NCBI GenBank assembly: GCA_016199935.1
Contig: JACQFS010000005.1
Span: 1-44,952 of the forward strand
Direction: 5' to 3'
Length of the DNA stretch: 44,952 nucleotides
DNA from: Verrucomicrobiota bacterium
GTDB lineage: Bacteria > Verrucomicrobiota > Verrucomicrobiia > Limisphaerales > JACQFS01
Below the pieces are notes generated by a model. The model searched no databases, was not told the origin of the DNA, and saw only the letters and a program-made list of their open reading frames with translations. Each line of letters begins with the position of its first letter. Positions within the stretch are counted from its first letter, which is position 1. Shown piece by piece: positions 8,307-16,988 of the stretch. The translations under genes and the position numbers were made by a program.

Positions 8307-9119
8307 ATGGCCTCCCTCCCCGCAACTGCCGCCGCGCCCGCGAAGCATCCGCTGCACGACAAGCAGAGCGAGCGCGACCACCGCGGCCTGCGCATTGACA
8401 AGGTGGGCGTGCGCGGCGTGCAGTTCCCGATTCAGATCCGCGACAAGGCGCACTCGCTCCAGAACACGGTTGCCACAGTCGCGATGTCGGTGGACCTGCC
8501 GCACGAGTTCAAGGGCACGCACATGAGCCGCTTCATCGAGGTGCTCAACGCGCACGGCAACGTCGTTCACGTGAACAACATTCCCGACATCCTCGCGGCG
8601 ATGCGCGCGCGGCTCAACGCGGAGACGGCGCATTTGGAAATGGAGTTTCCGTTTTTCCTGACCAAGCGCGCGCCCGTGTCCGGGCTGGAGAGTGTGATGA
8701 ATTACACCGCGCGCTTCGATGCGACGATGCGCGGGAAGGAAATTGATTTCGTGATGACCGTCATCGCGGCGGTGACCACGCTTTGCCCGTGCTCCAAGTC
8801 CATCAGCAAATACGGCGCGCACAATCAGCGCGGCAACGTCACGGTGCAAATCCGCTCGACCGAAGCGATCTGGATCGAGGACGCCATCACGCTCATCGAG
8901 CAGTCCGCCAGCAGTGAACTTTACTCGCTGCTCAAGCGCCAGGACGAGAAAGCCGTGACCGAGCGCGCCTACGAGAATCCGGTTTTTGTCGAGGACCTCG
9001 TGCGCAATGTCGCCGTGCGCCTCAACGCGCATCCCGACGTGACGTGGTATAAAGTGGAGGCCGAAAACTTCGAGAGCATCCACAACCACAACGCCTACGC
9101 GTGCATCGAAAAGGGCTGA
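8307..9119 (+). CDS. folE2: GTP cyclohydrolase FolE2 (GTP cyclohydrolase I type 2 / MptA family).
   Basis: Strong family resemblance (THMSRF, CPCSK). ATG 8307 was chosen; the ORF-track start at 8292 is a TTG. Confidence 0.85.
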   Translation: MASLPATAAAPAKHPLHDKQSERDHRGLRIDKVGVRGVQFPIQIRDKAHSLQNTVATVAMSVDLPHEFKGTHMSRFIEVLNAHGNVVHVNNIPDILAAMRARLNAETAHLEMEFPFFLTKRAPVSGLESVMNYTARFDATMRGKEIDFVMTVIAAVTTLCPCSKSISKYGAHNQRGNVTVQIRSTEAIWIEDAITLIEQSASSELYSLLKRQDEKAVTERAYENPVFVEDLVRNVAVRLNAHPDVTWYKVEAENFESIHNHNAYACIEKG

Positions 9120-9306
9120 GGACGGGCGCGGCGGTGGGTTTCATCCGACTCGCGGGGCCCGGTTTTTACGCACGCAAGATTCCCCAAAATTTTTGTGGCG
9201 CGTCGAGTCGCCTTTGATACAGTCGCGCACCCTTGAAACCGGGCAGGCGTTTTCCGCAGGTGTGAAACACGTTTTGCCGTGGTGGGGAAACAAAATTTTA
9301 CCGACC

Positions 9307-9921
9307 GTGAGCGCAAAGAAAACGAAAGCAAAAAAATCGCCGGCCGCCAAATCGCCGGCCGCCAAACCGAAGAACGTGGGCGCCGCCTCCGCCGCCGCCA
9401 TTCTCGGCATCAAGCCATCCAAGGCGAGTGCCAACGGCAAGAAGACCAACGACGTGCCCAAGCACATCAAGGGCGACGCCGCGAAGTATTACCGCAACCT
9501 GATGGACCTGCGCGACCGGCTCATGCACCAGATGCACGGGCTGGCCAAGGAATCCGCCACGGAGATGGAAAGCTACAGCCTCCACATGGGCGACTCCGGC
9601 ACGGACAACTTCGACCGCGATTTCGCTCTGAGCCTGCTTTCGGCGGACCAGGATGCGGTGTATGAAATTGAAGAGGCGCTCAAGCGGCTCGACAAGGGCA
9701 CCTACGGCACGTGCGAATTGACCGGCAAGCAGATCCCGCGCGCGCGCCTCGAGGCGATCCCCTGGACCCGGTTCACCGTCGAGGCGCAGGCGCAGCTTGA
9801 ACGCGATGGTGCCGTCCGGCAGAAAAAGCTCGGCACGCTCGGCACGCTCGACACGCCCGCCGTCGCCGAGGCGGACGACGACGACGAGCCCGAGGAGAAG
9901 CCCGCCAAGGAGAAGGAATAA
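9307..9921 (+). CDS. DksA/TraR-family C4-type zinc-finger protein with a Lys/Ala-rich N-terminal tail; start uncertain.
   Basis: DksA C-terminal signature CELTGKQIPRARLEAIPWTRF. GTG 9307 was chosen because upstream 9193-9306 looks non-coding. Confidence 0.6.
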   Translation: MSAKKTKAKKSPAAKSPAAKPKNVGAASAAAILGIKPSKASANGKKTNDVPKHIKGDAAKYYRNLMDLRDRLMHQMHGLAKESATEMESYSLHMGDSGTDNFDRDFALSLLSADQDAVYEIEEALKRLDKGTYGTCELTGKQIPRARLEAIPWTRFTVEAQAQLERDGAVRQKKLGTLGTLDTPAVAEADDDDEPEEKPAKEKE

Positions 9922-9924
9922 TTT

Positions 9925-10092
9925 ATGCCACGCGAAATCGTCACCATCGAATGCACCGAGGCGCGCAAGGAAGGCAAGCCGCCCTCCCGCTACCAGACCT
10001 CCCGCAACAAAAAGCTTCAGACCGAGAAGGTCGAGAAGAAGAAATACAACCGATTCCTCCGCCGGCACACGCTGCACCGCGAAATCAAATAA
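9925..10092 (+). CDS. rpmG: 50S ribosomal protein L33.
   Basis: 55-aa ORF ([12 protein letters not shown]...SRNKK...[15 protein letters not shown]) matching the L33 pattern. Absent from the ORF track because it is shorter than 60 aa. Confidence 0.85.
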   Translation: MPREIVTIECTEARKEGKPPSRYQTSRNKKLQTEKVEKKKYNRFLRRHTLHREIK

Positions 10093-10096
10093 TCCC

Positions 10097-10348
10097 ATGC
10101 CCCGCAAAACCAATCTCGAAAAAGACAAGAAGCGCGACGGCAAGCGCGAAGCCCGCCCGCAACGCCCGAAGCCGAAGATCGACTTCACGGTGGACGCGCT
10201 CGACTACAAGAACACGAACCTGCTCAAGCAGTTCGTCACCGATCAGGGACGCATCCTGCCGCGCAAATACACCAACCTGCCCGCGCACTATCAGCGCCGG
10301 CTCACCACCGCCATCAAGCGCGCGCGCCAGATGCTGCTGATGAAGTAA
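10097..10348 (+). CDS. rpsR: 30S ribosomal protein S18.
   Basis: S18 signature ...DYKNTNLLKQFVTDQGRILPRKYTNLPAHYQRRLTTAIKRARQMLLM. The larger ORF 9797..10348 is an in-frame artefact. Confidence 0.9.
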   Translation: MPRKTNLEKDKKRDGKREARPQRPKPKIDFTVDALDYKNTNLLKQFVTDQGRILPRKYTNLPAHYQRRLTTAIKRARQMLLMK

Positions 10349-10362
10349 CCGTTTTTCGCACC

Positions 10363-10393
10363 GGCCCGTTCCCCGTGGGGACGGGCCTTTTTT
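10363..10393 (+). terminator. Rho-independent terminator after rpsR.
   Basis: GGCCCGTTCCCC/GGGGACGGGCC hairpin followed by TTTTTT. Confidence 0.75.
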
Positions 10394-10455
10394 GTCGCGG
10401 CGGGCACCCGTCAGGGTGATCCGCCGGATGGCTCGAAAAACCGACTGGCCCGGCG

Positions 10456-11169
10456 ATGGACTATCTCCTTCTGCTTTCAACCATCCTGGCAGGCGCGCTG
10501 ACCGTGCTCTTCCTGCGCCTGGAGCGGCACGGCTACATCAAGCTCTTCAACGCGTTCACCGGCGCGTATCTGCTCTGCGTCACGTTCCTGCATTTGTTGC
10601 CGGAACTTTACTCGCACGACGCCGCGCTCGGCCATCACGGGCTGATCGGCGCGCTCATCCTCGGCGGTTTTTTCCTCCAGATCATTCTCGACAGCATCTC
10701 GATGGGCGTCGAGCACGGTCACACTCATCATCTTCATGGTGGTGTGCCGTGGGGCGTCATCATCGGCCTCTGCCTCCACGCGTTCGTCGAGGCGACGGCG
10801 CTCGGGAGTGCCGGCCAGCACCACGACCCCGCCTCGCGCCGGATGCTGCTGACCAGCATCGTCGTTCACAATTATCCCGTCTCGATCGCGCTGCTGGTGA
10901 TGCTGCTCCACGCCGGCCTGCCTCGCGGCCGCGCGCTCGGCTTCCTCGCGTTGTTCGCGGCGATGGGGCCGCTCGGAATGTTCCTCAGCGCGCACACCGA
11001 CCTCGCCTCACACACCCGCGAACTCACCGCCGTCGTCATCGGCATCTTCATGCACATCTCCACGACGATTCTCTTCGAGAGCAGTGACACCCACCGTTTC
11101 AACCTCGCCAAGATTGCCGCCATTCTGATCGGCATGGGCGTGGGCGTGCTGACAGTGATGCTGCATTAA
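10456..11169 (+). CDS. ZIP-family zinc/metal transporter (ZupT-like).
   Basis: Multi-transmembrane protein with HGHTHH and HxxxE motifs. Confidence 0.85.
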   Translation: MDYLLLLSTILAGALTVLFLRLERHGYIKLFNAFTGAYLLCVTFLHLLPELYSHDAALGHHGLIGALILGGFFLQIILDSISMGVEHGHTHHLHGGVPWGVIIGLCLHAFVEATALGSAGQHHDPASRRMLLTSIVVHNYPVSIALLVMLLHAGLPRGRALGFLALFAAMGPLGMFLSAHTDLASHTRELTAVVIGIFMHISTTILFESSDTHRFNLAKIAAILIGMGVGVLTVMLH

Positions 11170-11170
11170 A

Positions 11171-11228
11171 AACGGAATGCCTTTCCGTTTCCGGCGAAGC
11201 ACCCGTTTCCGGTAGAACCGGAATTTTT
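11171..11228 (+). terminator. Two weak hairpins after the ZIP gene, the second followed by AATTTTT.
   Basis: AACGGAA/TTCCGTT stem, then CCGG-tagaa-CCGG followed by AATTTTT. Confidence 0.35.
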
Positions 11229-11284
11229 CCTTCCGCAGGTTTGGCGAAACCCTTGCGCGCCGGCAGCCGCGCAACCGGCGTTGC

Positions 11285-11464
11285 TCAACCCGGGGACAAC
11301 TCGTCCTGGGCCAGCGCCACCCAGTCGCTCACGCGCATGACCTCCTTGATCTTGCGGCGCTCGTAACGGTGCTTGTGGGCCTTGTCGGGTTGGGCATCCA
11401 CCTGACGGAACGGATGCTTCGGGTCACGGATGACTTCACTGATGGCGTCTATGGTTTTCGACAT
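11285..11464 (-). CDS. Hypothetical small basic protein (59 aa).
   Basis: The ORF was trimmed to the ATG preceded by AAAGGAAAACG. No family was recognised. Confidence 0.3.
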   Translation of the reverse strand: MSKTIDAISEVIRDPKHPFRQVDAQPDKAHKHRYERRKIKEVMRVSDWVALAQDELSPG

Positions 11465-11671
11465 ACCAGCGTTTTCCTTTCGGTTGCGGGGGAAGCGGAA
11501 AGAGTGCCAGCGAAGGTGACACGTCAAAACCGATGCTGCAAAGCTGCTTCAGCGGGGCCATGACGGAAAAAACCAATAGCTGAAGACGTCGGGATGATCA
11601 AGTTTCGATTTTGCCCGTGAAGAATTCCCGCCAGGCTGGTCCGGAAACGCCACGGCAGCGCTCGCAGTGCT

Positions 11672-12562
11672 TCAAATCCTTGAACCAAGGACCGCGGAAG
11701 CTCGATGGGAGAATGATCCCGACCGCCACTCCTTCTCGCGCCGCGTCCGCAGCAGGCGTAATTCGGCGCGCTCGTAATGCCGCCGCACTCCATCGAATTC
11801 TTCCGCCAAAATTCCCGCCAGCACCAGCACTCCGCCCGGCGCGACCCGCGCGATGATCCGCCGCGATTCCTTCACCAACAGGTCCGCGATGAGGTTGGCG
11901 CACACGACCTGAAACCGCCGCGAAGAAGTCACCGGGAGCCGGGTCACGTCGCGGCGGGCCAGCGTCAGCTTCCGGGCGACGTGATTCACCCGCGCGTTTT
12001 CCGCCGCCACGCGCACCGCATCGGGATCGAAATCAAACGCCTCGACGGGCGCGTAGCCGAGCTTCGCCGCCGCGATGGCGAGAATTCCGGAGCCGGTGCC
12101 GATGTCCAGAAACGACTGCCACTCCGCCGCGCGACGGCAGCGCACCAACTCGCGCAGGCAGAACGAAGTCGTCGCGTGCTGCCCCGTGCCGAAGCTCAGG
12201 CCAGGATCAAGCGTCACCACCTGCTGACCGCCCTTCGGCTTGCGCTTGCTCCAACTCGGCTTGATGAGCAATGCCGGACCGACCTCCATCGGCGGAAAAT
12301 GTTTTTTCCACGACTCCGCCCAATCCTCCTTCCGCACGCGGCTCGACGTGATTCTCCCCCGCCCCATCTCGACGCCCCAAGTGCGAATCTCCGCGAGGCA
12401 CGCACGCAGTTCGGCCAACTGTCCGCGCGTCGCCCGCGCGCCTTCGGTGAGATAGACCTGCGCGCGCGATTTCTTCCGCACCGTGTCGAAATAAACCGAT
12501 GCAGGCTGATCGAACACGCGCGTCAGCGCCACGCGCACGCACTGGAGCCAGCCACGCTTCAT
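11672..12562 (-). CDS. prmA: Ribosomal protein L11 methyltransferase.
   Basis: PrmA-like N-terminal domain plus SAM-MTase motifs (LDIGTGSGILAIAAAKLG, DFDPDAV). Start at ATG 12562, which overlaps the upstream gene's stop as ATGA. Confidence 0.85.
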   Translation of the reverse strand: MKRGWLQCVRVALTRVFDQPASVYFDTVRKKSRAQVYLTEGARATRGQLAELRACLAEIRTWGVEMGRGRITSSRVRKEDWAESWKKHFPPMEVGPALLIKPSWSKRKPKGGQQVVTLDPGLSFGTGQHATTSFCLRELVRCRRAAEWQSFLDIGTGSGILAIAAAKLGYAPVEAFDFDPDAVRVAAENARVNHVARKLTLARRDVTRLPVTSSRRFQVVCANLIADLLVKESRRIIARVAPGGVLVLAGILAEEFDGVRRHYERAELRLLRTRREKEWRSGSFSHRASAVLGSRI

Positions 12563-13194
12563 GCGAGATCGCGCCAAGGCGTGAGGTTCAGAAACCGGAC
12601 TTCCGTCTTCGACTCGCGATAGTCCACGCGCGTCACGCTGGCGTAATCAACTTCGAAGCTCCCCAGTTTCGCCAGCGGCAGGTCGAGCAGCAGCGCCACG
12701 AGCATCCGCACGATTCCGCCGTGACACACGAGCGCGACTGATTTGCCCGGTTGCTCGCGCAGAATCTGTTGCAGGCACGGCTCGATGCGCGCGCGCAGGT
12801 GCGCCGTGGATTCGCCGCCGGGGAAGCCATTCCGCTCCATCTCCTTCAGCCAGTCGAACGCGCTGATGCCGAACTTAGCGTGGACGCCCTCCCAACTCAG
12901 TCCGGTCCAATCGCCGAAATCCACTTCGTGCAAACCATCGAGCGTCGTCAAGCCGAGGCCGGTCGTCTCGCCAAGCGGCGCGAAGGTCTGCTGCGCGCGG
13001 ATCATCGGGCTGACATAGGCGGCGTCGAGTTGCGCGTGCTGCTTGACCCACGCGGCGAGCTTGGTCGCCTGCGCGTGGCCGTGCGCGGAGAGATTCATGT
13101 CAATGCGGCTGCCGCCAAAGATGCGGTGGTAGCGTTCCTCCACCTCGCCGTGGCGCAGGAGAAACAACCGCGTGGGAAGATGCGAAGTGGACAT
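12559..13194 (-). CDS. Histidine phosphatase family protein (phosphoglycerate-mutase-like).
   Basis: LLRHGE...RIFGG catalytic motif. Trimmed to ATG 13194. Confidence 0.7.
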   Translation of the reverse strand: MSTSHLPTRLFLLRHGEVEERYHRIFGGSRIDMNLSAHGHAQATKLAAWVKQHAQLDAAYVSPMIRAQQTFAPLGETTGLGLTTLDGLHEVDFGDWTGLSWEGVHAKFGISAFDWLKEMERNGFPGGESTAHLRARIEPCLQQILREQPGKSVALVCHGGIVRMLVALLLDLPLAKLGSFEVDYASVTRVDYRESKTEVRFLNLTPWRDLA

Positions 13195-13231
13195 GGCCCG
13201 TTTGCTGAATGCGCTCCCCGTGATTTTCCGA

Positions 13232-13969
13232 TCAGGCTCCGAGCGCCGCGCGTTGCAGTTCGAGCAGCCGCGCAATGCCGCTGCGGCCGAGCGCGAGCAT
13301 CGCGGTGAGCTGCGCGTCGGAGAAGTTCGCTTTCTCGCCCGTGCCCTGCACTTCCACGAACTGCCCGCCGCCGGTCATCACGAGGTTCATGTCCACCTCG
13401 GCCGCGACGTCCTCGACGTAGCAGAGGTCGAGCATCGGCTCGCCGCTCACGATGCCCACGCTTACCGCCGCAACGGATTCGACCACCGGGTTTTCGGAAA
13501 TTTTCCCCGCCGACATGAGTTTCTTCACGGCCAGGCCGAGCGCAACGACCGCGCCAGTGATGGCCGCGGTGCGCGTGCCGCCGTCGGCTTGCAACACGTC
13601 GCAATCCACCATCAGCGTGCGCGGGCCGAGCTTTTTCAAATCCACCGCGGCGCGCATCGCGCGGCCGATGAGGCGCTGGATTTCCGACGAGCGTCCGTCG
13701 AGCTTGCCCTTGCTGATGTCGCGCGGCTTCCGTGTGAGCGTCGAGTAAGGGAGCATCGAGTATTCGCTCGTGAGCCAACCGCCCTCGACGCCCTGCTCCT
13801 TCATCCAGCGCGGCACGGTTTCCTCGATCGTCACGCCGCAGATCACGCGCGTGTTTCCGCACTCAATAAGCGTGGAGCCGGCCGCGTGCGGCGCGATGTC
13901 GTTTTGAAAGCGGATGGGACGCAGGTCGTCCGCGCGGCGCCCGTCGGCACGCATGTAGGTATCAGCCAT
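13232..13969 (-). CDS. rph: Ribonuclease PH.
   Basis: Full-length similarity to the RNase PH pattern (GSTLIECGNTRV..., TGGGQFVEVQGTGE). Confidence 0.9.
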   Translation of the reverse strand: MADTYMRADGRRADDLRPIRFQNDIAPHAAGSTLIECGNTRVICGVTIEETVPRWMKEQGVEGGWLTSEYSMLPYSTLTRKPRDISKGKLDGRSSEIQRLIGRAMRAAVDLKKLGPRTLMVDCDVLQADGGTRTAAITGAVVALGLAVKKLMSAGKISENPVVESVAAVSVGIVSGEPMLDLCYVEDVAAEVDMNLVMTGGGQFVEVQGTGEKANFSDAQLTAMLALGRSGIARLLELQRAALGA

Positions 13970-14066
13970 AAATCGGCGCGCAGGCTAAGGCGCGGGCGGA
14001 GGTGGAGCAATGGGAAACGCGGCAAAGAGGATTTCCATCGGACAATCCCGGCGTTAGTCTCCGCTC

Positions 14067-14645
14067 ATGTCCGCACCGCAACCGCCGTCTGCCGCCGACG
14101 CCATCGCGGCTACGCGCAACTGGGTAGAGAAGGCCGTCATCGGCCTGAACCTCTGTCCCTTCGCGAAGGCCGTGCATCTCAAGGGCCAGGTCCGCTACGT
14201 CGTCAGCGCGGCGCGCACCGAAGACGCGCTGCTCGCTGATTTGAAAACTGAGCTGGCGTTTCTCCACGCAACGCCGGCCGAGGAGGTGGACGACACGCTG
14301 CTCATCCATCCGCACGCGCTCGGGGAGTTCGACGACTTCAAAAATTTTCTGCCGCGAGCCAATACGACGTTGCGAAAGGCGGGACTCGTCGGCGAAATCC
14401 AAATCGCCAGCTTTCATCCGCATTACCAGTTTGCCGACGCCGAGCCGGACGACATCACCAACTTCACCAACCGCGCGCCTTACCCCACGCTTCATCTCTT
14501 GCGCGAGGCGAGCATCGAGCGCGCGGTGCAGGCGTTTCCGGCGGCGGACGCGATTTACGAAACCAACCGGGAGACGATGAAGAAGCTCGGGCATGCGGGT
14601 TGGAAAAAATTGGTGGGCGATGAGGGACTCGAACCCCCGACCTAA
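14067..14645 (+). CDS. DUF1415-family protein; its 3' end overlaps the antisense tRNA-Val by about 35 nt.
   Basis: NLCPFAKAV...IHPHAL...FHPHYQF motifs. The first in-frame stop is the TAA at 14643. Confidence 0.7.
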   Translation: MSAPQPPSAADAIAATRNWVEKAVIGLNLCPFAKAVHLKGQVRYVVSAARTEDALLADLKTELAFLHATPAEEVDDTLLIHPHALGEFDDFKNFLPRANTTLRKAGLVGEIQIASFHPHYQFADAEPDDITNFTNRAPYPTLHLLREASIERAVQAFPAADAIYETNRETMKKLGHAGWKKLVGDEGLEPPT

Positions 14646-14686
14646 TGCGTGTAAAGCATCTGCGCTAGCCACTGCGCCAATCGCCC
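14611..14686 (-). tRNA. tRNA-Val (anticodon UAC).
   Basis: Hand-folded cloverleaf on the minus strand. Sequence: GGGCGAUUGGCGCAGUGGCUAGCGCAGAUGCUUUACACGCAUUAGGUCGGGGGUUCGAGUCCCUCAUCGCCCACCA. It has a 7-bp acceptor stem, a GCGC D-stem, a 5-bp anticodon stem with loop UUUACAC, a GGUUCGAGUCC T-arm, and an encoded CCA. Confidence 0.85.
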
Positions 14687-14739
14687 GACCAATGCGCGGC
14701 GAATGTGTGCGCAACGAGGTCGCGTCGCAAGCGCATTTG

Positions 14740-14854
14740 CCGGACCGCGAGCCGTCCCGGCTCGCAGCGGCCGCGCCATGCGTAGCGCGTCCAGTCAATC
14801 TGATCGCCCAAATGCCGTCGTAGCCGCTGCGGGCCGGGACGGCCCGCGGTCCGG
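14740..14854. repeat. MITE-like structured repeat, copy 1 (115 bp), with about 32 bp terminal inverted repeats; copy 2 is at 32767-32878.
   Basis: CCGGACCGCGAGCCGTCCCGGCTCGCAGCGGC (14740-14771), a 51 bp core, then GCCGCTGCGGGCCGGGACGGCCCGCGGTCCGG (14823-14854). CGCATTT appears on both flanks. The core shares GCGTCC..TCA..TC...CC.AA.GCC.TCG with copy 2. Confidence 0.65.
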
Positions 14855-14917
14855 AACGCATTTCACCCTCGCCTGAATTTTCCCGGTGCCCGACAGTCTG
14901 CCTCAGCAATCGTCAAA

Positions 14918-16288
14918 ATGGCTTTCCTGAAAAATGTCGTTGCCCTCTGCCTCGCGCTCGCGCCACTCACCGCGACCGCGGCGGGCGTGAGCTTCACCAA
15001 GGAGATCGCGCCCATTCTCCAGGCCAAGTGCGCGGCGTGCCACAACGCGGAGAAGGCCAAGGGGCACTATCAACTCCACACTTTCGAGTTGATGCTCAAG
15101 CCCGGCTCCAGCGGCTCCCCTGCCCTCACGCCGGGCAAGCCGGAGGCGAGCGAACTCTTTCGCCTGTTGAACGAAAAAAATCCCGACGACCGGATGCCGC
15201 AGAAGGACGATGCACTCTCCGCCAAGCAGATCGTGCTCATCGAAAAATGGATCCGCGAGGGCGCAAAGTTCGACGGGCCTGATGCCAGGGCGAACCTGGC
15301 CACGCTCATCCCGCAGTCGCGCGCGCCGGAAGCGCCGAAGGTTTATCCGGCGCCCGTGCCCATCAGCGCGCTCGCCTTTTCGCCGGACGGGAAACAGATC
15401 ATCGCCGGCGGCTACTACGAGCTGACTGTCTGGAATGTTGGCGAAAAGAAATTGCTCAACCGCATCAAGGGCGCGCCGCAACGAACTCTCGCCATCGCGT
15501 TCAGCCCCGATGGTAAGCTGCTCGCCGTCGCCGGTGGCACGCCGGGCGCGAGTGGCGAGGTGAAACTCTTCAACGCCACGAGCGGCAAATCCGTGAAGAC
15601 GCTCTCCCGCCTGCGCGACGCGGCGCTTTGCCTCGTATTCAGTCCCGATGGCAAGACGCTCGCCGCCGGCGCGGCGGACAACACCATCCGCCTTTACGAC
15701 ATGGTCGCGCAGAAGCAGCGCAAACTCATCGAGCAGCACGCGGACTGGGTGCTCGCGCTCGCTTTCAACGCCGATGGCTCGCGCCTCGCCTCCGCCAGCC
15801 GCGACAAGTCCGCGCGCACGTTCGACGCGAAGTCCGGCGCGCTGCTCGACAACTACGTAGCGCACGAGGAACCGGTCATCGGCGTCACGTTCACGGCCGA
15901 GGGCAAAATCATTTCGGCGGGCCGCGATCGGCGCGTTCACGCGTGGGAACCGGGCAAGCTGAGCGAGAAGGACAAGAAGTCGAAACCCGCCGAGTTCGGC
16001 GTGGGCGAGGGCGAACTCACGCGGCTCCTCGTTACCAGCAACCGCCTCTACGCCGCAACCAGCGACCGCGCCGTGCGCGAATACGATCCGACGAAGCGCG
16101 AGATTGTCCGCAGCTTCAAGGACCTCGGTGATGAAATTTCCGCGCTCGCGTTCGACACCAAGGGCCAGCGCATCGCCGCCGGGACGCAGAGCGGGCGGGT
16201 GTTCATCTGGAAGGCGGAGGATGGGCAGAAGATCACGAGCTTCACCGCCGCGCCGGGATACAAGGCGCCGGTGGCGTCGGCGAAATAG
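14918..16288 (+). CDS. Planctomycete cytochrome C (PSCyt1) domain protein with a WD40 beta-propeller.
   Basis: Signal peptide, a CAACH haem-binding-like motif, and multiple WD-like repeats (FSPDGK...). Confidence 0.8.
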   Translation: MAFLKNVVALCLALAPLTATAAGVSFTKEIAPILQAKCAACHNAEKAKGHYQLHTFELMLKPGSSGSPALTPGKPEASELFRLLNEKNPDDRMPQKDDALSAKQIVLIEKWIREGAKFDGPDARANLATLIPQSRAPEAPKVYPAPVPISALAFSPDGKQIIAGGYYELTVWNVGEKKLLNRIKGAPQRTLAIAFSPDGKLLAVAGGTPGASGEVKLFNATSGKSVKTLSRLRDAALCLVFSPDGKTLAAGAADNTIRLYDMVAQKQRKLIEQHADWVLALAFNADGSRLASASRDKSARTFDAKSGALLDNYVAHEEPVIGVTFTAEGKIISAGRDRRVHAWEPGKLSEKDKKSKPAEFGVGEGELTRLLVTSNRLYAATSDRAVREYDPTKREIVRSFKDLGDEISALAFDTKGQRIAAGTQSGRVFIWKAEDGQKITSFTAAPGYKAPVASAK

Positions 16289-16331
16289 CCTGGGCGCGCC
16301 GGCATCCTGCTGGGGGGTGGTGGGCCGCGAA

Positions 16332-16541
16332 TCAGGAGGCGGCGAGAGAATCCTTGGCGGGGTCAGACCAGAGATACTCTCGTATCTCCAGATTCATCCG
16401 GTCTATTTCGGAGAGAAAGCCCGAAGCGGACAGGCGGTAGCTCTTGGTGTCCGCCGCCGTCTTTCGAATCAGGGCCACCTGCTGTTCAAACTGGCGGATG
16501 CGCGCCTGCGTGACCTCCAATTCCTGGTCGTTCGTAATCAT
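16332..16541 (-). CDS. Small helical protein (69 aa), translationally coupled to the upstream nucleotidyltransferase.
   Basis: Its ATG at 16541 overlaps the upstream TGA as ATGA. No HEPN Rx4-6H motif was seen. Confidence 0.5.
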   Translation of the reverse strand: MITNDQELEVTQARIRQFEQQVALIRKTAADTKSYRLSASGFLSEIDRMNLEIREYLWSDPAKDSLAAS

Positions 16542-16978
16542 GTATGAGTGACCTCCACAATGCCGCGCATGCTCCCGTCCCGCTTGATTTGCCAATGTGC
16601 CACGGTCTCATCCTCACCGCCGAGAGCGGCGGCACGACGGATCCAAAACACGCTTGCGCCAAGAAAATTTTGCGCCGCCGCGTGATCGAACACCAGACTC
16701 GCTTCCGTTGAAACTTTGCTCACATCAAATGAATCCTCCATCAGCAGAAATATGTCAACGTCGTTGGGTTCAGCCTTGTCCGTGACGAATGAGCCGAAGA
16801 TTATGAAGCGGGCGAGACGGTCCGTGGATCGGGCGAGCGCATGAATTCGCTGCAGTCGCCACGCAATGACCGCCCGGTGAGGCGTCGCCCCAAAGTGTTC
16901 GAGCACGTCGTCAAGGGTCGAGCGATGAATGCCCCTGGGCAAATCGCCTCCGGCGTTGAATTCGGGCCAGGCTTTCAT
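16538..16978 (-). CDS. Minimal nucleotidyltransferase-fold (Pol-beta superfamily, MNT-like) protein.
   Basis: FGSFVTDKAEPNDVDIFLL matches hG[GS]x9-13DhD. Confidence 0.6.
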   Translation of the reverse strand: MKAWPEFNAGGDLPRGIHRSTLDDVLEHFGATPHRAVIAWRLQRIHALARSTDRLARFIIFGSFVTDKAEPNDVDIFLLMEDSFDVSKVSTEASLVFDHAAAQNFLGASVFWIRRAAALGGEDETVAHWQIKRDGSMRGIVEVTHT

Positions 16979-16988
16979 TGATTGTCCT

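Noticed and set aside
9193-9306. ATG 9193 as the DksA-like start.
   Set aside because: The first 38 codons (MWRVESPLIQSRTLETGQ...) look non-coding and the segment resembles a leader. The in-frame GTG at 9307, preceding the Lys-rich tail, was preferred. The start remains uncertain.
11530-11600. Weak CTTCAGC/GCTGAAG hairpin downstream of prmA as a terminator.
   Set aside because: Only a 7-bp stem with a 29-nt loop and no U-tract; insufficient support.
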